A stretch of DNA of 64,000 nt from Octopus vulgaris. Its lineage: Eukaryota. The position numbers were made by a program, and so were the translations under genes. The stretch is from assembly GCA_951406725.2 (NCBI GenBank), contig OX597838.1, positions 11,842,001 to 11,906,000 on the forward strand, given 5' to 3'. Positions 57,845 through 64,000 of this stretch are shown here, piece after piece. The notes beneath the pieces are model-generated. The model saw only the letters and a list, made by a program, of their open reading frames with translations, was not told where the DNA came from and ran no database searches. Every line of letters begins with the position of its first letter. Position 1 is the first letter of the stretch.

Positions 57845-58352
57845 CTTTTTGGTAACATCTATTTGGTACCTCCTATTTGGTTCCGCCTACATGGTGCCGC
57901 CTTTTTGGTACCGTCTATTTGGTTCCACCATTTTGGTGCCGCCTACTTGTTGCCGCTTTATTGGTCCTGCCTTTTTCGTACTGTCCTTTTGGTACCGCCT
58001 ACTTGTTGCCGCCTTATTGGTCCTGACTTTTTGGCACTGTCCTTTTGGTAACGTCTATTTGGTACCTCCTATTTGGTTCCGCCTACATGGTGCCGCCTTT
58101 TGGTACCGTCTATTTGGTTCCACAATTTTGGTACCGCCTACTTGTTGCCGCCTTATTGGTCTTTTTGGCATTGTCCTTTTGGTAACGTCTATTTGGTACC
58201 TCCTATTTGGTTCCGCCTACATGGTGCCGCCTTTTGGTACCGTCTATTTGGTTCCACAATTTTGGTACCGCCTACTTGTTGCCGCCTTATTGGTCCTGAC
58301 TTTTTGGTACTGTCCTTTTGGTACCGTCTACTCGCTGTCGTCTATTTGGCGT
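57845..58352. repeat. Higher-order tandem repeat of ~14-16 bp TTTTGGTACCGCCTA-like subunits
   Basis: The ordered block GGTAAC.TCTATTTGGTACCTCCTATTTGGTTCCGCCTACATGGTGCCGCC recurs at ~57851, ~58046 and ~58181. Confidence 0.88.
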
Positions 58353-58919
58353 CGTTGATTCGACAGATATATTAGTGAACAACAAAGAACAAACATACAT
58401 ACACACACATACTCATCCACATTTTGGCAAAAAGCTCGCTATTTTAAAGGGAGGAAACTAATCGATTACATCGACTGGCTCTGAATTTATTGACTCCGAA
58501 TGATGAAAAGCAAAGTCGATCTTTGCGAGATTTGAACCCAGAACGTAAAGACAGACAAATACACATTCGAAATAATAATGGACGGTCACACTTTACAATG
58601 TAGTCGAAAGTAAGCAAAAACAAAAATAAAAGAGAAAGAACTAGTTATTTTCTTTTATTCTACAACTGCAGCCAGGCCAGGACACAACTTCGAAAGGTTT
58701 TCGGCGAACTGTTCGGCCACAACTTTTGTATTAAGCTTGGAACTTATTCTGTCATAATTTAATTGGTAAATCCGTAAGTCACGAGAATGTAAACAAAACA
58801 ACACCGGTTGTAAAGTGTCGAGATAGAAAGACAACACCAAAGATTTACTTGCATACATAATACATACATACACACACAAACATGCATATATATATATATA
58901 TATATATATTTCCTATATC

Positions 58920-59130
58920 ACTACCCACTAGGGGCTAAACATAGAGGGGACAAACAAGGACAGACAAACGGATTAAGTCGATTACATGGACCCCAGTGCG
59001 AAACTGGTACTTTATTTATCGACCCCGAAAGGATAAAAGGCAAAGCCGACCTCGGCGGAATTTGAACCCAGAACGTAACGGCAGACGAAATACGGCTACG
59101 CATTTCGCCCAGCGTGCTAACGTTTCAGCC
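58920..59130 (-). mobile_element. SINE family C
   Basis: Matches 55952-56186. Confidence 0.85.
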
Positions 59131-59399
59131 AGCAGAATATTCAAGGTCAATCTGTGCCAAGCGGCTTTACTCTGCATACTTTAATTTCGTTACTATGGCA
59201 ACAGTCCGGATACTTATTGATCAGACTACGTATGTATATCTGTGTGTGTGTGTGTCTTTGTGTCTGTGTTTGTCTCCTCACTACCGTTTGTCGATTGGTG
59301 TCGATTTATTCGACTAAAAATTCATCAAGGCGCTGCTCCAGCGTGGCTGCATTCTAATGAATGAAAAAATTAAAAGATAAAAGATAAAACATATACATA

Positions 59400-59530
59400 C
59401 ATGGGGTGGATGCAGATGTCTTTAAAATGAAACTGGATCTCTTCTTGTCAGGTATCCCAGATGAACCAACTTCACGGCAGGAGGTGCAGATGAGGGCAGC
59501 TGCATCGAACTCTCTCATGCACCAAATAAA
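59400..59530 (+). mobile_element. CR1/L2-group LINE 3' end fragment
   Basis: Reads GVDADVFKMKLDLFLSGIPDEP...RAAASNSL, an FK..LD.FL..IPDEP ORF2 C-terminal motif, followed by an A-rich tail. Confidence 0.6.
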
Positions 59531-59861
59531 AATAAATAAAATAAAAATAAAATAAATACATGCGTACATACATGCATACATAGTGGAGGTCAGCTGGTGA
59601 CTGAGTAAAACCACTTCCCAAATTCAATAAGTTTGTAAGGACCATGGAATACGAGGGGGATCGAGAATGGCTCTTTGTAACACATCACACGATCGTTACA
59701 ATAAAGAAAAATTAGATGGAAAGAGACACAACCGCATAAGAATGATTCAGATCACATTTATTGATATGATAACATGTGTGTCTGTGTGAACGTCATGTAT
59801 ACAGAAAAAATTGACTGGCCGTCATGAGAACAAAATGTGTGTGTATAGGCATAGATGTATA

Positions 59862-60268
59862 CTCTTATACTCTTTTACTTGTTTCAGTCATTTGACTGCG
59901 GCCATGCTGGAGCACCGCCTTTAGTCGAGCAAATCGACCCCGGCACTTATTCTTTGTAAGCCCAGTACTTATTCTATCGGTTCTCTTTTTGCCGAACCGC
60001 TAAGTAACGGGGACGTAAACACACCAGCATCGGTTGTCAAGCAATGCTAAGGGGACGAACACAGACACACAAACATATACACACACACTATATATATATA
60101 TATATACGACAGGCTTCTTTCAGTTTCCGTCTACCAAATCCACTCACAAGGCATTGGTCGGCCCGGGGCTATAGCAGAAGACACTTGCCCAAGGTGCCAC
60201 GCAGTGGGACTGAACCCGGAACCATGTGGTTGGTTAGCAAGCTACTTACCACACAGCCACTCCTGCGC
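59862..60268 (-). mobile_element. SINE family B
   Basis: Reverse complement of the family B consensus. Confidence 0.9.
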
Positions 60269-61485
60269 GCGTGTTAAGTGCATTTAAGGATGGTAATAAG
60301 AAGAGAAGAGTGAAAGCATCTATCAGCCATCGAAGTGAGAAGTAAGTTCATCGACACAAGAAAGACGAATAACCCCAGTTCGTTGTTAGTGGTACACGGC
60401 AGCTGAAATACTGTATCAAGAAGTTGCGGCTATGATGCTGAGCTGGTTACAGGTACAAGTCGTACGTGAAGTCGTCTCTGTGATGTTGCTGCCTGGGTTA
60501 CTTGGCATAAAAATTCATGCTGGTTGTATATTCGCCGTTGATTCGTAGTGAAATAATTCACAAACAGCGAGCTGTTGGAACCTGGGTGAGTTGCTTGCTG
60601 AGCTGTGTACGTATAGAGCGATGATGTTGACGACGTTAAGAAGGACATGATGATGGAGACGAAGAAGGAGGTTGCTGCAATGCTGTTGAATGTCATGGTG
60701 ACGAAGCTGGTAAGTCTCAACGTAGCTGCTGTGGTAGTGGTGTTGTCGCTGGAACAGGCTGTGTCTTCCTGGTCAGAGGTTAAACCTTAAGAGATCCGGA
60801 GTGAGGAAAAACTGAGTTGTTATAAGGAGCTGTAGGCTAAAAGAGGGTAGTAAACAGGCTGTCCCACGTTATTTTATTTAGAGTCTTAGATTAGTTGTCT
60901 GCGGCAAGATGGCACAACCGAGCAGGAGACATGTTGCACGAATACCAACTAATCAGAGTAGTGAGCGTAAGGTGATCCAAATAGCGACCAAAGGCTAGAT
61001 GTTCCCTGATACGTTTGAATGCACGTATATATAGTAAATGCGAGAGAGGAATTTCACCAGAGTCTATGCTACAAGTTCATACAAACATTCTGAGAGTTCA
61101 AGAACTTCCTGTGCTGAAATTTATTTTGAGTGGATAATGTGTTCCACAGCACTGAACTCATTTTCAGCGCAATCAGCTACAAAAACCAGCGACACAACAA
61201 AGATTGAGACGATCAGAAACACACTGCACTTCAGTTTTATTTAAACAAGTTTCCCTAGAAGGTAGTTCTAACGAGAACTAGGACTCCTTCACTCACAGTG
61301 GCTCACATACTAGTTAACACATAGATGGGGTCCCTGACAGGTGCTACTGCTCCAGGTCAAAGCAGACGTGGAAACAACAGTGGATAAGAGGTGGTTAGGT
61401 TCCCTACAGTACAATAGGTTCCCTACCGGATGCAGTTTAAAGTCATACTCAGACATACATACATGCATACATATTTACATACATA

Positions 61486-62262
61486 CAAAGGTTGGACAAA
61501 GTGAAGGAAACACCTAGCATCATTGTATCATACTTTTGAAATATCTACAAAACCATCAAAAGCTTGTTTATTTTTATGTTTTTTGATTTATTAGTGTTGC
61601 TTAATATGTTTTGCTAAAATTGCTGTTTCTTTTCAGATATCACCAGAAAAAGGTAATTAAATTCATTAAAATGACAGATCTATTGGACTTTCAAAGTGGT
61701 CAAAATGTTGGTGCTCATATGGCAGGTGCTAGCGAAACGAAAACAGCCGGGGTGTTTGGTGTATCAAGAAGTACTGTCTCGAAAGTAATGACAGCCTTTG
61801 AGAAAGAGGGAAGAAACCTCCTCATCGAAACAAAACTCCGGAGGAGAACCAAAACTTTCAGATAGGGACCGTCGGACCCTTACGCGAATTGTTAGAAAGG
61901 ATCACAAAAGTATAGCTCGCAAAATTACGGCAGAGCCTTAATGTCCACCTCAAGAACCCAGTTTCCACAAAAACTGTTCGCAGGAAGCTACACAAAGCCG
62001 GATTTCACAGGATGGCTGCAATCAGAAAAAACAATACTTCCAAAAAGAAACGTTGCAAAGCATTTAGAGTCGAGTAAAAACCTACAGAATTGGTCTCTAG
62101 AGCAGTGGAAGAATGTTATTTTCTCGGACGAGTCATCCTTTGCCTTATTTCCTACCACCGGCCGAGTATACGTGTGGAAACAGCCACAAGAAACATTTGA
62201 CACAGACTGCTTTTTTTTCAACTGTTAAACATGGAGGAGGATCTGCGATGATCTGGTGGGGG
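61486..62262 (+). mobile_element. Truncated Tc1-like transposon (left TIR plus transposase pseudogene)
   Basis: TA|CAAAGGTTGGACAAA left end; HTH segment GAS..KTA.VFGVSRSTVSKV; WSLEQWKNVIFSDES (first D) and TVKHGGGS.MIW; frameshifted, right half missing. Confidence 0.88.
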
Positions 62263-62477
62263 GCTACGAAATACACACCGCCGATAGTTGTTGTTGACAA
62301 ACAACGGCAGTAATTTTATTCAGCTGAATACACGTCATTGATTGGTTGAAATTACCGAAATACGACAACTTTAACAAAAAAATAACTTCCAAAATACAGA
62401 ATTTTCTCAACAACGCCAGGAGTAAAAGACGTTTTATGTGACACATTATATGAAGTTTGAAAGTGTTTTTCTCTTTC

Positions 62478-62886
62478 TCTTTATTCTTTTACTTGTTTCA
62501 GTCATCTGACTGCGGCCATGCTGGAGCACCGCCTTTAGTCGAGCAAATCGACCCCGGGACTTATTCATTGTAAGTCCAGTACTTATTCTATCAGTCTCTT
62601 TTGCCGAACCGCTAAGTGACGGGGACGTAAACATACCAGAATCGGTTGTCAAGCAATGCTAGGGGGACAAACACAGACACACAAACATATACACACATAT
62701 TTATATATATATATACATATATATGACAGGCTTCTTTCAGTTTCCGTCTACCAAATCCACTCACAAGGCATTGGTCGGCCCGGGGCTATAGCAGAAGACA
62801 CTTGCCCAAGATGCCACGCAGTGGGACTGAACCCGGAACCATGTGGCTGGTTAGCAAGCTACTTACCACACAGCCACTGCTGCGCC
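62478..62886 (-). mobile_element. SINE family B
   Basis: Reverse complement of the family B consensus. Confidence 0.9.
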
Positions 62887-63594
62887 TATGTTTAGTTACA
62901 AAAAATTTTTTAAATCTGTCGGTCAAAAAGCAAAGATCCTTTCTTCTATATAAGTCCTAAGTTACTCCAGTAGTTGTAAAAAATGGGAATGTACAACATA
63001 TATGATACAAGGGGACCGGGGAAAAAAAACCCCAGCAAAAAAGAATCGTACATAAAAGTGCAAAATCACGGGGTTGCTCCATTATGACCGTAGTTGCATG
63101 GCTGAAACGAATAAAAGAAACGTGCATGAGTCTAACAGTGCCAGAAAGAGATGGATAGATAGAGTAACAATTTGTCGTAGACTTCGCTGAAAACTAGTAT
63201 GGAACAAAATTGAGTCAATCTGATATTATTGTTCTCATGGATTTGGTTTTTCCCCAGCTTTTGTTTCACTTAGAGTCGTTAATATTTTTTGACGTTTTCT
63301 TATTCGGTTTCATTCGATATATATATACACCATCACATACACAATACACGAGTGTGTTTGTAAATGCGCATATATATGTATAGGCATAGATTCACTTATG
63401 TATTTATATATACAACTTTTTGTTGATTTGGTTTTCTACAAATCCATCTGTCTATACATCAATATATCTGTTTATCAATACGTCAATAATTATCGTGGAT
63501 ATACGTATACACACATACATAATATATATGTATATACATACACACACATATACATGCATATGTGTACTTATATATGTATCCTGTATACACACTC

Positions 63595-63630
<36 letters not shown>

Positions 63631-63666
63631 TTATAAACATACATACATACATAGGTACATACATAC

Positions 63667-63705
<39 letters not shown>

Positions 63706-63854
63706 GTTAATCCAAACAAGAAAACAAAAAGACAACAACGCAAGGATGTGGAACAAATAAAGTATTATTGGACGCTCAGGAAAGAAGGGAAGAAGGAGGG
63801 TTATATATAAATTTATATATATATATGTATGTATATATGTATGTATGCATATAC

Positions 63855-63889
<35 letters not shown>

Positions 63890-63963
63890 CATTGATATCT
63901 ATATGTATGTACCTATGTATGTATGTATGTATGTTTATATGTGTATATATATGTATTTATGTT

Positions 63964-64000
<37 letters not shown>

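Noticed and set aside
60430-60720. 96-aa minus-strand ORF in a GC-richer stretch
   Set aside because: No recognisable motif or clear splice signals; cannot distinguish exon from retroelement remnant

Overview
Eukaryotic, AT-rich, repeat-dominated genomic DNA. It is most likely octopus/coleoid cephalopod, inferred from the tRNA-derived SINE families and pervasive (TA)n/(CA)n/(TATC)n/(CAC)n microsatellites. Nearly all ORFs in the track are translations of simple repeats. Supported content: a ~6.1 kb 24-bp G-rich minisatellite; decayed pogo-like and Tc1 transposons; two TIR MITEs; a non-autonomous Helitron; fragments of Penelope-like (GIY-YIG), R4/Dong-like (REL endonuclease), RTE and CR1-like retroelements; more than 20 copies of three SINE families; a tRNA-Gly pseudogene; and one probable large host exon (36334-37277/37472, Q/P/N-rich, with a frameshifted Arg/Cys/His-rich continuation). 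The most notable signal is a 195-bp-arm perfect fold-back at 50929-51330 carrying an intact minimal type I hammerhead ribozyme motif in each arm. It belongs to a set of (TA)n-embedded, Penelope-associated hairpin elements and decayed hammerhead relics spread across the window.
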